A stretch of DNA of 64,000 nucleotides. Origin: Octopus vulgaris (Eukaryota). Numbering within the stretch: the first letter of the stretch is position 1; each line of letters starts with the position of its first letter. The stretch lies in contig OX597815.1 in the NCBI GenBank assembly GCA_951406725.2, positions 179,738,001 to 179,802,000 of the forward strand. The letters are read 5' to 3'. Below are positions 27,769-40,715 of the stretch, piece after piece. The notes below the pieces were generated by a model that had not been told where the DNA came from, made no database searches, and saw only the letters and a program-made list of their open reading frames with translations. A program made the position numbers and the translations under genes.

Positions 27769-27870
27769 GCCTGCCCCACTCGGCAGCGGAGTGACTATAA
27801 TCGAAAACTAAAACAGTACGAAGCGCATTGTGATCAGCGGTGTATGACAGCTTTCGATAGTCTGGTCCAT

Positions 27871-28160
27871 AGGATGATTGCATCATCTTGATAGATGATA
27901 GCCGCCCCATCAACACACACACACACACACACCCCATCACATAGCACAATCCCTCCGTTAATGAGCCCTCAGATGACTTTTAAGACCAGCTGCTGACTGA
28001 CAGGGTTTGAAACACACGTGACAGATATTATTCAAGTTTCTTCTACATCTTTGCCCTTCGGAATCTGATTCGGAAGGAATGTCTTCGTGAACTAGTATAT
28101 GTCTTTTAAGTCCAGATATTGTCTTATAAGTTTTGTGACACAAGTCATACGTGACCTGTA
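27871..28160 (-). mobile_element. Probable RTE-like LINE 3' end with two C2H2 zinc fingers
   Basis: CHKTYKTISGLKRHILVH...ICHVCFKPCQSAAGLKSHLRAH* then a short UTR ending in a catcatc/gatgatg-type stem-loop; parallels 58070-58429. Confidence 0.65.
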
Positions 28161-28370
28161 AATTCCACTACGGTAAATTCTACTCGGAAAATAACGGTCT
28201 ATAGAAAATTAATTACATACGCCCTTGTTACACACTTCTTAACTAATTAGTCGTTAGTTAAAGTATAGGTTTATGCCATTGTTACTCATTTTTTTAAACT
28301 GAATTTCACTGTACTGCTAATTTTTTTTTTCTGTTCAGTTTAACTTTGAACTTTGAAACCCTCAACCAAG

Positions 28371-28950
28371 GCAACATTTGTAACATCAGAGAAGAACAAA
28401 CGTAAGCTTTGCGATGAAGAGTATCATTTCTACGAAAAGAATGGAGTTAACAGGAGCACAACAAAAACATATTGGCGTTGTGAATGATTTTATAAAGGTT
28501 GCCGGACTAGACTACAGACAACTTTCAACTCCAGTATACCGGAAGTTATTTTTCAAAGGGCTCCCATAATCACTCAAGCAAGCTGTACAAACGTTAATGC
28601 CCGAAAGGCAGTTAATTCAATGAAAAGTGAAGTAATGAGAAGGGGTGTAGTATCTTCACGGAAAGTAATAGCTGCTGCTGTACAAAATCTCGATGAGGAC
28701 GCACAGTCATTGTTGCAAAGTATTCCTGGACTTTCACGTAACATACGTCACTGGGGGCAGCATGTCGTCCAGCTTGTTGTTCAGGGTTTGAAATTCCTGA
28801 TGCAGTTAAGTAGTTTGAAAATGAGTTCTTGTTTTTGGTCTTTGATGACTCAGACAGAATTTTAGTTTTTTCCTTAGAAAATGGCTTGGATGATCTAGAA
28901 AGCTCTGAAAATTGGGCATGTGAATTGGACATTTTTAAGGTGTCTCCTAG
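28371..28950 (+). mobile_element. Decayed MULE (Mutator-like) transposase
   Basis: FLYWCH-like FVTSEKNKRKL...YWRCE*FYKGCRTRLQT...HNH, then RILVFS...ENWAC..(DGT)FKVSP. Confidence 0.75.
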
Positions 28951-28984
28951 TTTCTCTGGCCTCCGAATTCACCTGAATGTAATA

Positions 28985-29305
28985 TCATCGATAATTATGT
29001 GCGGGACGCGGTTGAGAAAGACACTAACTGCTCTGCCTGCAACACCAAGGCCGAGCTGGAGGCCCAAATCAAAGAAGTGTTTGAAGATATTGCCAAGAAC
29101 ACAGAGATGAACTCGTGCACCAAACTCCGGAGCCGTGTTGAGGCCGTGGAAGAAACCGAGAGCGGCTACTTTGAGTAAACTGTTCTCAGCCAGCCAGAAT
29201 CGAGTTGGTAGTGCTTGATTTATTTTTAATGATTATATATTGGGATGGGATATTGTGTTTCCCTTTCATTTTATGCAAACTTTCAAATTTATCCCGAACA
29301 CCCAG
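28985..29305 (+). mobile_element. maT/DD37D-like transposon 3' fragment
   Basis: DNYVRDAVEKDTN...CNTKAELEAQIKEVF...LRSRVEAVEETESGYFE*. Confidence 0.65.
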
Positions 29306-29439
29306 TGCTTAGAGCTTGCAACAGGAAAGCTGCATTTGGAGTCATCAGAGTTGTTGCTGGGTTTGATAGATGCGTTTGGAAGCTGTTCATCAATGAGGTG
29401 GGTGAGCAAGCGGGTGTGACTGTGTATATGCCTATCTTT

Positions 29440-29855
29440 AATCTTTTACTTGTTTCAGTCATTAGACTGCGGCCGGGCTGGGGCACCGCCTTCAAGGATT
29501 TTAGTCGAACGAATTGGCTTCAGTACTTAATATTCCTTTTTTTTTATATTTTGTATATTCTGGTACTTACTCTATCGGTCTCGTTTGCTACACCGACTGC
29601 TAAGTTACGGAGAAAGCAAACACCTCCACACCAGTTGTAAAGCGGTGGCGGCAAACAAACACAGACACAAAGCCGCACGCGCGCGCACACACACATATAT
29701 AGAAGATTCTTTCAGGTTTTGTCTACTGACAAAGCTTTGGTCAGCCCATGGGCTATAGTAGAAGACACTTACCCTAGGTGCCACGCTGCGGGACTGAACC
29801 TGAAACCATGTGACTAGGAAGTAAAGTTCTTACCACATAGCCACACCTACGCCTA
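29440..29855 (-). mobile_element. SINE family C (diverged)
   Basis: Head and tail homology to other family C copies. Confidence 0.8.
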
Positions 29856-29893
29856 TTCATTTGGTTTATTAATTATATTTCACTTACAGTTCT

Positions 29894-30146
29894 GGGCAAA
29901 CGGCGTAGTGGTTAAGAGCGCGGGCTACTAACTCCATGATTCCGAGTTCGATTCCAGGCAATGAACCGAATAATAATAATAATAATAACAACAACAACAA
30001 CAGCATTGAAAAATACCTGAGGAATGAGAACCCAGGTTCATAATTTCCCCAATACACCTGATGATGTCTGGAGGGTATATCAGCCGAAATGTTGTGTTAA
30101 CAACAAACAAGATGAGGACAAATATCCATCAAATGTAAATAATGTA
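29894..30146 (+). mobile_element. tRNA-headed SINE-like element carrying a hammerhead motif
   Basis: A-box cggcgtagtgg (29901), B-box gttcgattcc (29946), (AAT/AAC)n spacer, hammerhead at 30054-30097. Confidence 0.8.
30054..30097 (+). ncRNA. Minimal type-I hammerhead motif
   Basis: ACAC-CUGAUGA-U-GUCUG(loop)CAGCC-GAA-AUGU-U-GUGU. Confidence 0.65.
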
Positions 30147-30732
30147 TATTTCACTTGTTTATTTTTGTAAAGCAACAGGCCTAAGTTTAAATTAGGATTG
30201 GTAAACCGATATAAAGATTAGTAGCAATAGATAAATATTCAGGTGAACAGAAAATTGACTAATCATTTAACTATAGACATTAAATATTCTTCTCGACATT
30301 GTTTCTCCTTAACAAGCAATACAAATTCCATCAATGAAATTTCACTCACTTCACCTTTAGAATTAACCTTTAAAGCCACTCCACAGTCCGTGGATGGAGC
30401 ACACTTTGCAGGCTACTCTGCTGTGCTATAAATGACACATACAGTTATCTCGCCCTGGTTCCACCTTCTCTATTCAGTTGACTGAATGTGAGACTATATA
30501 AAAGAAAAAAAACCTGAAGAACAGGTTGAACCAGAATCCAAAAGATCATCATTGTCATATCTTCCTCTGCAGACTTGTCAAGTATAAAATTATAAATTAC
30601 TGATATTTCATCTAGTGATAATAATTGTCTGAGTGTAAGTGTATTTACGCGTACCAAGTGTCGTTCCACCGTTTCGCATACATAAACATACGCGCGCACA
30701 CACACATGCACTTACTCATCTATCTATCTATC

Positions 30733-30770
<38 letters not shown>

Positions 30771-30771
<1 letters not shown>

Positions 30772-31143
30772 GTTTCTTTATTGGCCACACAGGGCTGCAC
30801 ACAGATGGGACAAGTTACAAGGTAGAGCTTTTCTTTTGGGGGATGAAAAAAAAAAAGAAAAAAAAAGTGGCGTAGGTTTTCGATCAAAAGGGATCGTAAA
30901 AGGGAAAAAAAGAACAAAAAATAAAGAAAAAAAGAAAAAAGGAAAAGGAACAAAATAAAAGAGAAATGAAAAAAAGAAGAAAAAAGGGGGAAGAGCAAAA
31001 AAAATAAAAAATTTAAAAAAACCATCAATAGGGATCGTGTCTCACAGTGTTATGATGTATGGTGTAAAGGGGAAAGCAAGTAAGGTTTATCCGTGGGAAG
31101 AAAAGCCTACGAAAAAGACCACGGTAACCTTGGTCAATATTGT
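30771..31143 (-). mobile_element. LINE-like 3' UTR inserted in (GATA)n; terminus homologous to SINE A tail
   Basis: Minus-strand end ccttgtaacttgtcccatctgtgtgcagccctgtgtggccaataaagaaa; GATA repeats on both sides. Confidence 0.55.
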
Positions 31144-32279
31144 TATATAGATAGATAGATAGATAGATTAGAAAAATAATAGAAAGTAAACCTTGAAAAT
31201 CTGTTTCTCGTTTCAACGACCGGATGATTGTATTCTTTGGTGGCTTCAAAAAGTGTTTTCGTTCTATTTTTACCAATATATCCAGTTATTGTACTTTCAT
31301 GTTGAAGTTTAAGATATCTGTGTAGGTGAAATATATAACTGTTTTGTTTTTTTTATATATATATTTTATGCTCTAGAAATGTAGAATTATTTCCGGGTGA
31401 AATTTGTAGCTTTAGAATCATCATACAGGAATTACAAATATTAAAATGTATTCTTCCATCAATATTGTAATTAAAATAACCAAAATCACGGAATTCACTC
31501 ACAGTAAGAAAAAAGTGAATACGCCAGAGGCAATGGCTCTTAGATGAAAAGATAAAATTCAAACATTAAGGTTCTTGTGAATCAGACCAAGTTTCACTTG
31601 AAGTCATAAAATAGATCCAGAAACAGCTGTAGAATACCCCCGAAGGAAAACAAAATTCTTTGCGAAATTTTTATCTGAAACTTAAAATATATTTTGATAA
31701 GAGGAAACAGTTTTTAGAAGTGAAAAAAAAAAAAAGAGAAAGCAACTTCGGACAGATGTTATCTTCACTAATGAATCACTACTGAATTCCTCTTTTAATC
31801 ATCAAAGATCAAAAGGTCTAATAATAGTGGAATGGAGCTTTTTCAATAGTCAAGATACTAAATCCTTTCTTTCCCGCAATGAAAATATCACGGCACAATA
31901 TTTTTAAAGAAAAAAACATTATAAGAGTCAATTTTCTTTTGTAAAAGTTCATCTAATTCAAACAAGATTGACAACAAAGTTAGTTGGACGTAGTGTTGTT
32001 AATTCTGTCCAATTAATATTTTGCTCAAATAATTAGTAGCAATAGCTATGTGGTTAAGGTGAACGATAGTAGGTCATTAATTCAAAGGTAAATTGTAAAG
32101 AATTTTTAAGATAAGAATTCTTGTCTTGTTTAGATCGTAAGTATAGTCAAAACTAGAGACTGCATTAGGAATGAATCTTCTGAATTTAAAACATTCACCG
32201 GGAGTGTAATTAAAAAGAATGAAAACCGTCAGTTATTAATTTGGGTTAATCAAATTTAATATCGCTAAATATCTAACTA

Positions 32280-33170
32280 GATTTGATTTCATCGCTGTTC
32301 CGATGACCACTGGTATTTTTTCGGTTTTTGTATTCCATGGAACTGGGATTTTTTCCAAGTATACACCTCATGCCTTCCTGTCCTTCATAACGATGTCTGT
32401 CTTGTTGGCATTTACCTCTCTACCATAAACTAAGCATAACCCAAAGCACGGTGACGTAATTGATACTAGTCACAGTGTTTCGTTGATGTCTACGCCACTT
32501 CTCAGTTATCTTGGTTCTATAACTTCTGCATATTTTCTGGTGTAGGTACGCAGTCACCTTGTTAGATCTTCGTGGAGGTGTTCGGTCTGCTACTTTCAGG
32601 CATCCAAACAATCTGGCCGATGGTTTCTTCATGCTTTCCATAAATCTTGCATCGTGGGGTTTGTTTCCTCATTGATAATGCGATGACAGCATTTGTTTGC
32701 AGGACTTTGATTTCGTGCGTCGATTATGGGAGTTTCTGTCTCTATTTTAACTCCAGTACTCTTAAACCACTTGGTTCACGTCTACATCCTCTATCCATTT
32801 TAGGTGCTTCTTGTACATCACATTATCCCCAGTTGAAGCAGGCCATGGTATTTCGTACTCTGTTTCACTCGTTGGAGTAAATGATTGTTGCCTTGTTTTC
32901 CGTTGGCAGGATTTTTAGGGTTTCAAATATTTCATCAAATTCCTGATGATATTTTACAATTTGGAGGAGCAGAGCTTAAGACTTTTTTTATTAGATATGC
33001 ATCCGATCTACTAGTGATAATCTTGAAAGTCAGCTCAAGATGAGGCAGGCCTTGTCCTTCTGAAGCTTTTGGCAGATGCATCCTACCGACATCTCCTTTC
33101 GGGCGCTGCATTTTCTCTGTGGTTAGCATCCGTTTTTCTTGACTGTATTGAAACAGTCACCACAGATATT
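32280..33170 (-). mobile_element. R4/Dong-like REL LINE relic
   Basis: RSNKVTAYLHQKIC..KWRRHQ..VTVLW..REVNANKTDIVMKDRK..KIPVVIGT, matching degenerate RHD, NRPD and PVVIG motifs. Confidence 0.7.
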
Positions 33171-33846
33171 GGCTGAGTGTTAATGGATTAAAATTTTTAG
33201 TCGCAGTTAATTCACTTTTCAACTAGCAATAACCACGCTTCGGATAACCCCTTTTCATATGGTACAAAACATTATGATCTGCGTTCAAGTTCTGCTAAGA
33301 TTGACTTAACCTTTCGTCCTTTAGAGATTGATAAACTACGTGCCATTAATATATTGCAGTCAATGTAAATACGTATTGTATTCTCCATTGAAATGCGCTA
33401 CGTGTGCCAATGTTAATAAGTGATATTATATCAACAGTTTTAATCGATCAATCTCATTAAAGCGCCACTTGACGTCCATAATTAATATGGTAGAATGATT
33501 TGAAACAAATGTTTGTACAATCCAGTTTCATTTCTTCAATGGAATTGTGTTTACTTACGTTAATAATTCTTCCCCAAAATACGAAAGTTTGAAGCTATGA
33601 AAAATAGATATATGTACATCATTTTCTGATTGAATTTCAGTTGCTTAAATTAATTCCTAGATATTTTATAAGTTCACATTTTACATTTCTGTTTGAAGGT
33701 GCTTTCATTTCGCTACAACGTAAATAGCAAAACACTGTTTAACAACAACAACAACAATACAATACTAAGGGCAACAAACGCGAAAGATAATACATAAAAA
33801 TGAACAAACCTCTAAGTAGTTATATCAACAAGTTCACTGCAATGAA

Positions 33847-34185
33847 TTATTACCTCCGCCTTAGCAAAGGCGGAGGTATTCTTTTCGGTCGTCTTTGTTT
33901 GTTTGTCCGTGGACAAGATATCTCAAGAACCGCTGGATGGATTCGGATGAAACTTTCAGGGATGTTTGGCCTCATGACTGGCACGGACCGATTCTGGATT
34001 ATTTTTTCCGGTTTTTCTTTTTACTTTATTTTTGAGAGCGGTCGGATTCATTTTTAATATTCGCGTTTGTGAGAGCAGTTTATTTCAGATATATTCTCAT
34101 TTAAAAAAATAATCTCTGGCTAATCGTTTAGAGGGTGTTGGTGTTGCCTTGGCGGAGGTTTGCGCTCTCTCTGAGTACTCCTGTT
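33847..34185 (+). mobile_element. Helentron-type non-autonomous element (HINE/DINE-1-like)
   Basis: 5' subTIR acctccgcc with nearby inverted copy, (GTTT)n, 3' subTIR ggcggaggt, terminal stem-loop gcgctc..gagtac, TT ends. Confidence 0.8.
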
Positions 34186-34224
34186 AAGAATATAAGACAA
34201 AGATAATATTGGTAATGCAAGTAA

Positions 34225-34922
34225 TGCAGCGAGCTAGCAGAATGGTTAGAAGGTAAAGGACGAAATGCCTAGCGGCAAAAGATACCGCTAAGCACTTGGC
34301 CCTTTACCTTCTGAATTAAAATTCCGCCGGGGTCGGCTTTGCCTTTCATCCTTTCGATGCCGATAAATAAATACCATTTGACCTCTGGATGGTCGATTTA
34401 ATTGAATTACCCCCTCCTGCAAACTGCTGGCCTTGTTCCAAAATTTGAAACCAATATAACAAGTAAAATTGAAGGTAAAATGAAAAGAGAGCGACAAAAG
34501 CTTAAATATAAAGAACAATCTACATTATGAATTGGTTTTTAGGAATAATTGTCTCCATCCGATCCGTTGAATCTGGTTCGTGTTTCAATCCGAGTTTGAC
34601 ACCCCTGTTCTAAGGATTCTGTCAATCTGTACCTTGGATTGATATTTTATTTTACCTAACCCTGTGGGAGTTAAACTGAAAATGCCAAGAACCGGAACAG
34701 ATACCGGTTTCAAATTTTGGCACCGGGCCGGCAATTTTGGGGGGGCAGGATAAGTCAATTACAACGACCCTAGTAATCAACTGATACTTACTTTATCGAA
34801 CCCCGAAAGAATGAAATATAAAGTCGACCTCGGTGGAATTTGAACTCAGAACCTAAAGACGGATGAAATGCCGCTAAGTATTTTGTCCGGCGTGCTAACA
34901 ATTCTGCCAGCTCGCCGCCTTA
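34225..34922. mobile_element. Two older SINE family A copies
   Basis: Plus copy 34225-34460 and minus copy 34705-34922. Confidence 0.7.
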
Positions 34923-34974
34923 AAAACCGGAATAAACATCGCAAGGCATTTTGTCAGCTCTCCAAAATATTCGT

Positions 34975-35572
34975 TTTTTTTCTTTTTACTACCCACTAGG
35001 GGCTAAACACAGAGGGGACAAACAAGGACAGACAAACAGATTAAGTCGATTATATCGACTCCAGTGCGCAACTGGTACTTATTTAATCGACCCCCAAAGT
35101 ATGAGAGGCAAAGTCGACCTCGGCGGAATTTGAACTCAGAACGTAGCGGCAGACGAAATACCTATTTCTTTACTACCCACAAGGGGCTAAACACAGAGGG
35201 GACAAACAAGGACAGACAGACGGATTTAGTCGATTATATTGACCCCAGTGCGTAACTGGTACTTATTTAATCGACCCCGAAAGGATGAAAGGCAAAGTCG
35301 ACCTCGGTGGAATTTGAACCTAGAACGCAGCGGCAAACGAAATACCTATTTCTTTATTACCCACAAGGGGCTAAACACAGAGGTGACAAACAAGGACAGA
35401 CATAGGTATTAAGTCGATGACATCGACCCCAGTGCGTAACTGGTACTTAATTTATCGACCCCGAAAGGATGAAAGGCAAAGTCGACCTCGGCGGAATTTG
35501 AACTCAGAAACGTAACGGCAGACGAAATACCGCTAGGCATTTCGCCCGGCGTGCTAACGATTCTGCCAGCTC
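34975..35572 (-). mobile_element. SINE family A trimer
   Basis: One head plus three units of about 184 bp; ccaaaatattc duplicated on both flanks. Confidence 0.88.
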
Positions 35573-36359
35573 TCCAAAATATTCTGTCAACTACTGTTAC
35601 GATTACGACTTATGTCTAGATATGGAACCTGTAAGGATGAGAGGAATACTCGATACAGACATGAATAAAGAACATTGAAGGAAATATACTCTTGTGAAGC
35701 ATTTAGTCCGGCGCTCACATTTTTTTGTATGCCAACTGTGCGATAAACATTTCATTGAACAATTTCACACAGCGAGAAAAGCGAAAAGCACACGTCGACA
35801 TGTATTCTTGGGCAAACATAAATACAGGCATATGAGTGCGTATGCACTGACAAATTTGCAGTAAGTTCTTACGTAGGAAAACCACGCACACCCACGCACG
35901 CCCTCTAAATCATTCATTGCATAATCGCAATCAGATAGATAACACCAACAACTCGAGTATATATTACCACACACACACACAAACACTAGCCAGTGCAAAC
36001 ACAGACGCACAAGAATGGATTGAAAAAATACACCTTGAGCCATACGCATTTATTCATTTACTCAATCTTAAATCGAAATTTCTAAAACAGGGGAGAATTG
36101 CCAGAACAACATTAGAGTTGCTTTAGTTTGAGGTTTGACTGCAAACAACGAGTTTATTGCAAGAAATAAAGATAATAGTAGGTTTAAAGCAAAAAGGTAA
36201 AACCAAAAATAAGCTAAAGAAGCGAAAGATAAATGTGTCTGCCAATATGTCTAGGTAAATTTTCCGCAATTATAGAATGAAATAATTGCAACTTAAGATA
36301 AATTGCTACCGCTGTTGCTGTTGAGCGTAGTGGTCTTCGTCCCAGAGCTCGCAAGATCG

Positions 36360-36692
36360 CGCCTCTGTAGTGGGAGAAGTCCGAAACGTGGTCCTTTGCT
36401 ATTCGTAAGACCCGCAGAAGAGAAAGCAGGTCAGCCCCCGACACCGAGAGCATCGACGGATGGATGAATGCGCACCCAGGCTCAGCGGTTGCGTAGAAAG
36501 TTGGGGACAGGAAACAGGAAGAAAGAGTGAGAGAAAGTTGGAGCAAAAGAGTACAACAGGAGTCGCCACCACCCCCTGCCGGAGCTTCGTGGAGCTTTAA
36601 GGTGTTTTCACTCAATAAATACACACAACGTCCGGTCTGGGAATCGAAACCGCGAGTCCGCTGACCTAACCATTGGGCCATTGCGCCTTCAC
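36360..36692 (-). mobile_element. SINE family B with tail 3
   Basis: Same head as 10161-10547, unrelated 3' tail. Confidence 0.8.
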
Positions 36693-36825
36693 TGCTATCG
36701 CTGTTCATTATTATTCGTTACTCATGATGTTAGGTCCGTTGTTATTTAACCTCAAGTAAGAAGACTTATATTATGGGTTGAGGGAAGCTTCACTGCTATT
36801 TCTAGACAGTCGAACAACTACGCAG

Positions 36826-36898
<73 letters not shown>

Positions 36899-37066
36899 GC
36901 CTCGACTTATTTATTGTAAATAATGTAAGCAAGATATGTGAAATAAACATCAGAGATGCTTTGCTCCTTGCAGAAATTGCTGGAGCTACTCAGAGATCTT
37001 GCAAGCTCTTCAAAATCCATTGCAATACTGAAAACCTTTCTGTGTTATCAGCAGGTATATCAGGGT

Positions 37067-37109
37067 CACAAGCGTTTCGCCCCTTAGCCTGTACGCTTCA
37101 TCAGTTGTG
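37067..37109 (-). ncRNA. Degenerate hammerhead motif
   Basis: Minus strand: CACAA-CUGAUGA-A-GC...GC-GAAACGC-UUGUG; cleavage triplet defective. Confidence 0.45.
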
Positions 37110-37206
37110 GGGCAGTGTGGACTGAGCTAGACTTCTTCTGTGAAAGAGTTCTAATTATAGTTCCAGCTGCCTTACCTATTAATCTCTTCTAATAATTCAA
37201 TCTCTT

Positions 37207-37276
<70 letters not shown>

Positions 37277-37394
37277 TATGGTTGAAATAGGAGCTTGGAT
37301 TTTAATTCGTGAATACGTGCACAATGCATGTACATTATTTGTGCTTATGGCGGTATGTATAAGGTATTTTTCATATATTTACGTTTCGGTATGT

Positions 37395-37455
37395 TCCCAC
37401 TGATGATCGGAAAGGGTTTTTAATAACTCAAACCGTGAAATCTATAAATTTGGGA
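37395..37455 (+). ncRNA. Type-I hammerhead motif in element between (TA)n arrays (about 37273-37680)
   Basis: UCCCA-CUGAUGA-U-CGG-aaa-GGGUU..AACUC-aaa-CCG-U-GAA-AUCUAUAAAU-U-UGGGA. Confidence 0.68.
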
Positions 37456-37685
37456 CTATCCAAGTTATTCTATAAAACCTCGCTGTCTATTTCCTCGCTT
37501 ACAACCTTGTATGGTGGGGCAATAATCTAAGTGGTTCGTAGACCAGTTGGGGTCTATTTCTAGCAGACCGGCGTTGTAATCATTCAGCACCCTTATTATA
37601 ATTGTAATATAAATTAACCATTATGGGATTTTGAGTATGTTGGCCACTGATAAATCATCAAATAACGATTTTATCCTATGTATGT

Positions 37686-38166
<481 letters not shown>

Positions 38167-39274
38167 ATTGTATAAAACCTCGTGATGAGTTCTGAGCAGA
38201 TAATCCTTTATGTCAATCAAATCCATGATCCGGATTTTTTATTTTTTTCCATTTGAAGTTATTTCATTTCATTCACATCGCTGAAATCTTTGTTAAAGAC
38301 ATCAACGTTATTTCTCTTTTCCGTTTCCTCTCATGTAAACAAAAATTACTGAAAGCTTAAAGTATCTTAAGGAAAGTATTATTTGAAATAAAAGTTTTTA
38401 CTTTTTTAAAGAAATTTTACTTATGAGAATAGAGAACGCTCTACATTCATTGCTATCTAGTGAATCTGTTTGCCTTATTGTCAGAAAACACTGATTTTAT
38501 CAAATAATCCTTCCACTTCAAAAGTTATTGTGTTATCAGCTTCTCAGAAAAAACCGTGGTGTTTGAAAATTCTTTCTAGAATTAGTTTTGCGTTTGCATC
38601 TTTGATTAAATTATCGTATAGAAGTTTGCATTAAAATGTCACTATGAATCTATGATTAATATAATATTTATAGAATACAAATTGTAATAGCCGAAACTAG
38701 TACAGAATAGTACAAAACATTTTTACAGGATTGAATTCACAGCATGTTTCTCTAGTATTCTAAGAATATATATTGGAATGCTTAAATTAAACACAATGTA
38801 CTATAAGGCGTTAGTATCCCTGTTTCTTAAATCTGTTCGTTGTACATTCTTCTGGTACTTATATACGACTTGGGGGGATTAAACGGTGCGAATTTGCTTG
38901 GTTACATAGTGTAGAATCAGTAAAGGGGACAAAATGTTTACCCACCGCTGGTAGTTCAGCAATCTAAGAGAAAACTTCACCATCTGTAGTCAATAGAGAG
39001 AGAGACTGGTGGAAGTGTGGAAGTCGAAGAAAATGAAGGAAAGAGATAAAATATTGAGAGTGGAGTAGAGAATGTTCCATTGAAAGAATAATTCCTCTGT
39101 GGTTTTTGGAAAGAACGGAAATACTTCTGACGTTTTGTAAATTTCTTTTCCTGTAGTTAATTGATAAGTTAAACACAAGATTCTAGACTTAAGACATCAA
39201 ACCAACAAATTAGTCTTTTGTTCAAAAGATTAAGTAAATGAATATTAGTGAACCATATTCTCCTATTGTAATAT

Positions 39275-39700
39275 TAGTTTCAAATCTTGACACAATGCCA
39301 GCAATTTCGGTAAAGAGATTAAGTAGATTAAATTGACCCTAGTGAACAACTGGTACTTATTTTATCGACCCCAAAGGGATGAAAAGCAATGTCAACCTCG
39401 ACGGAATATGAACTCCAAACGTAAAGACGGACGAAATGTCGCTAAGCATTTCGTCCGGCACGGTAACTGTTCTGCCAGCGCACCGCCTTTTTCTCGTATA
39501 TTCTTTTCTTTTACTTGTTTCAGTCAATTTGAATGCGGCCATGTTGGAGCAACGCCTTTAGTCAAAGAAATCGACCCCAGAACTTATTCTTTGTAAGCCT
39601 AGTACTTAGTCTCTTTTGCCGAACCGCCAAGTTACGGGGACGTAAACACACCAACATAGGTTGTCAAGCAATGGTGGGGGACAAATACAGACCCACAAAT

Positions 39701-39754
<54 letters not shown>

Positions 39755-39920
39755 GATGAGCTTCTTTCAGTTTCCGTCTTCCAAATCCACTCACAAGACT
39801 TTGGTCGACCCGAGGCTATAATAGAAGGCACTTGCCCAAGGTGCCACGCAATGGAACTGAACCCGGAACCATGTGGCTGAGAAGCAAGCTTCTTACCACA
39901 CAGCCACGTCTGCGCCTATA
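39275..39920 (-). mobile_element. SINE A (39275-39490) plus SINE C (39505-39920)
   Basis: Homology to other copies in the window. Confidence 0.8.
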
Positions 39921-40331
39921 TTCTAATATATTCTAATTCAGTGGTTTACAACTGATGCAGGTCAACTGCCCCTGTCTCCATGACTCCATATCGATTGTCA
40001 AGTACCCAACTCGATAAAACACGTAATTTACAATAGAAGTTTCTATATTTTGTGCATTGAAAGCTAATAGTATCGTCTGCCTTTTACTCGATTCAGTCAA
40101 AGGACTACGGCCATGCTGCAGCGCGGCCTTGAAGAATGAATCGACCCAGAACTTATTTTTTTAAAGCCTGGTATCTATTCTGTTGGTACCTTTTGCTGAA
40201 CCGTTAAGTTACGAGGACATAGACACATAAGTACCAGTTATCAAGCGGTGAGAGGAAGACAAACATACACACAAGCACACACATGTATGTGTATATGTAT
40301 CAAAATAAGTAACGAGATATCCAGAGTTGAT

Positions 40332-40414
40332 GCAGTACGACCGTTTCAAGCAGCTCCATTTAATTGAACAATGCAATCCTTAATCAATTTAAATGCAGGG
40401 CTCTCCTCAGCTGC
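40332..40414 (-). ncRNA. Type-I hammerhead motif with extended stem II
   Basis: Minus strand: GCAG-CUGAGGA-GAGC..CAUUUAAAUUGA..UCAAUUAAAUG..GCUU-GAA-ACGGUCGU-A-CUGC; downstream flank resembles that of 15784-15871. Confidence 0.72.
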
Positions 40415-40715
40415 GTGAATAAATAGAATTTATTTAATCAGTCGGACATATTTGTAAAATTTTACTTAAATCCTCTAAGAGGGTAAGAAGACAAAGTCCA
40501 TGCTGTTTTCACTTCAGCTTAGAAGTTTCTAAGACATCAGGAAAAAAAATTGTTTCGGTCTTAGCTTGTCACTGATTTTGGGGACAATTTTAATTTATTA
40601 GTCTTGTTTATCAAATCTTGAAATTCTACGGATAATACCGCTGCTTCAACTTAAGTATCTAACGCATCCTCTTCCAAGTAAGTTTTAGCTATACATAATA
40701 TATATGTATATATAT

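Noticed and set aside
27212-27949. 245-aa ORF
   Set aside because: Read-through of antisense SINE C, microsatellites and a LINE UTR.
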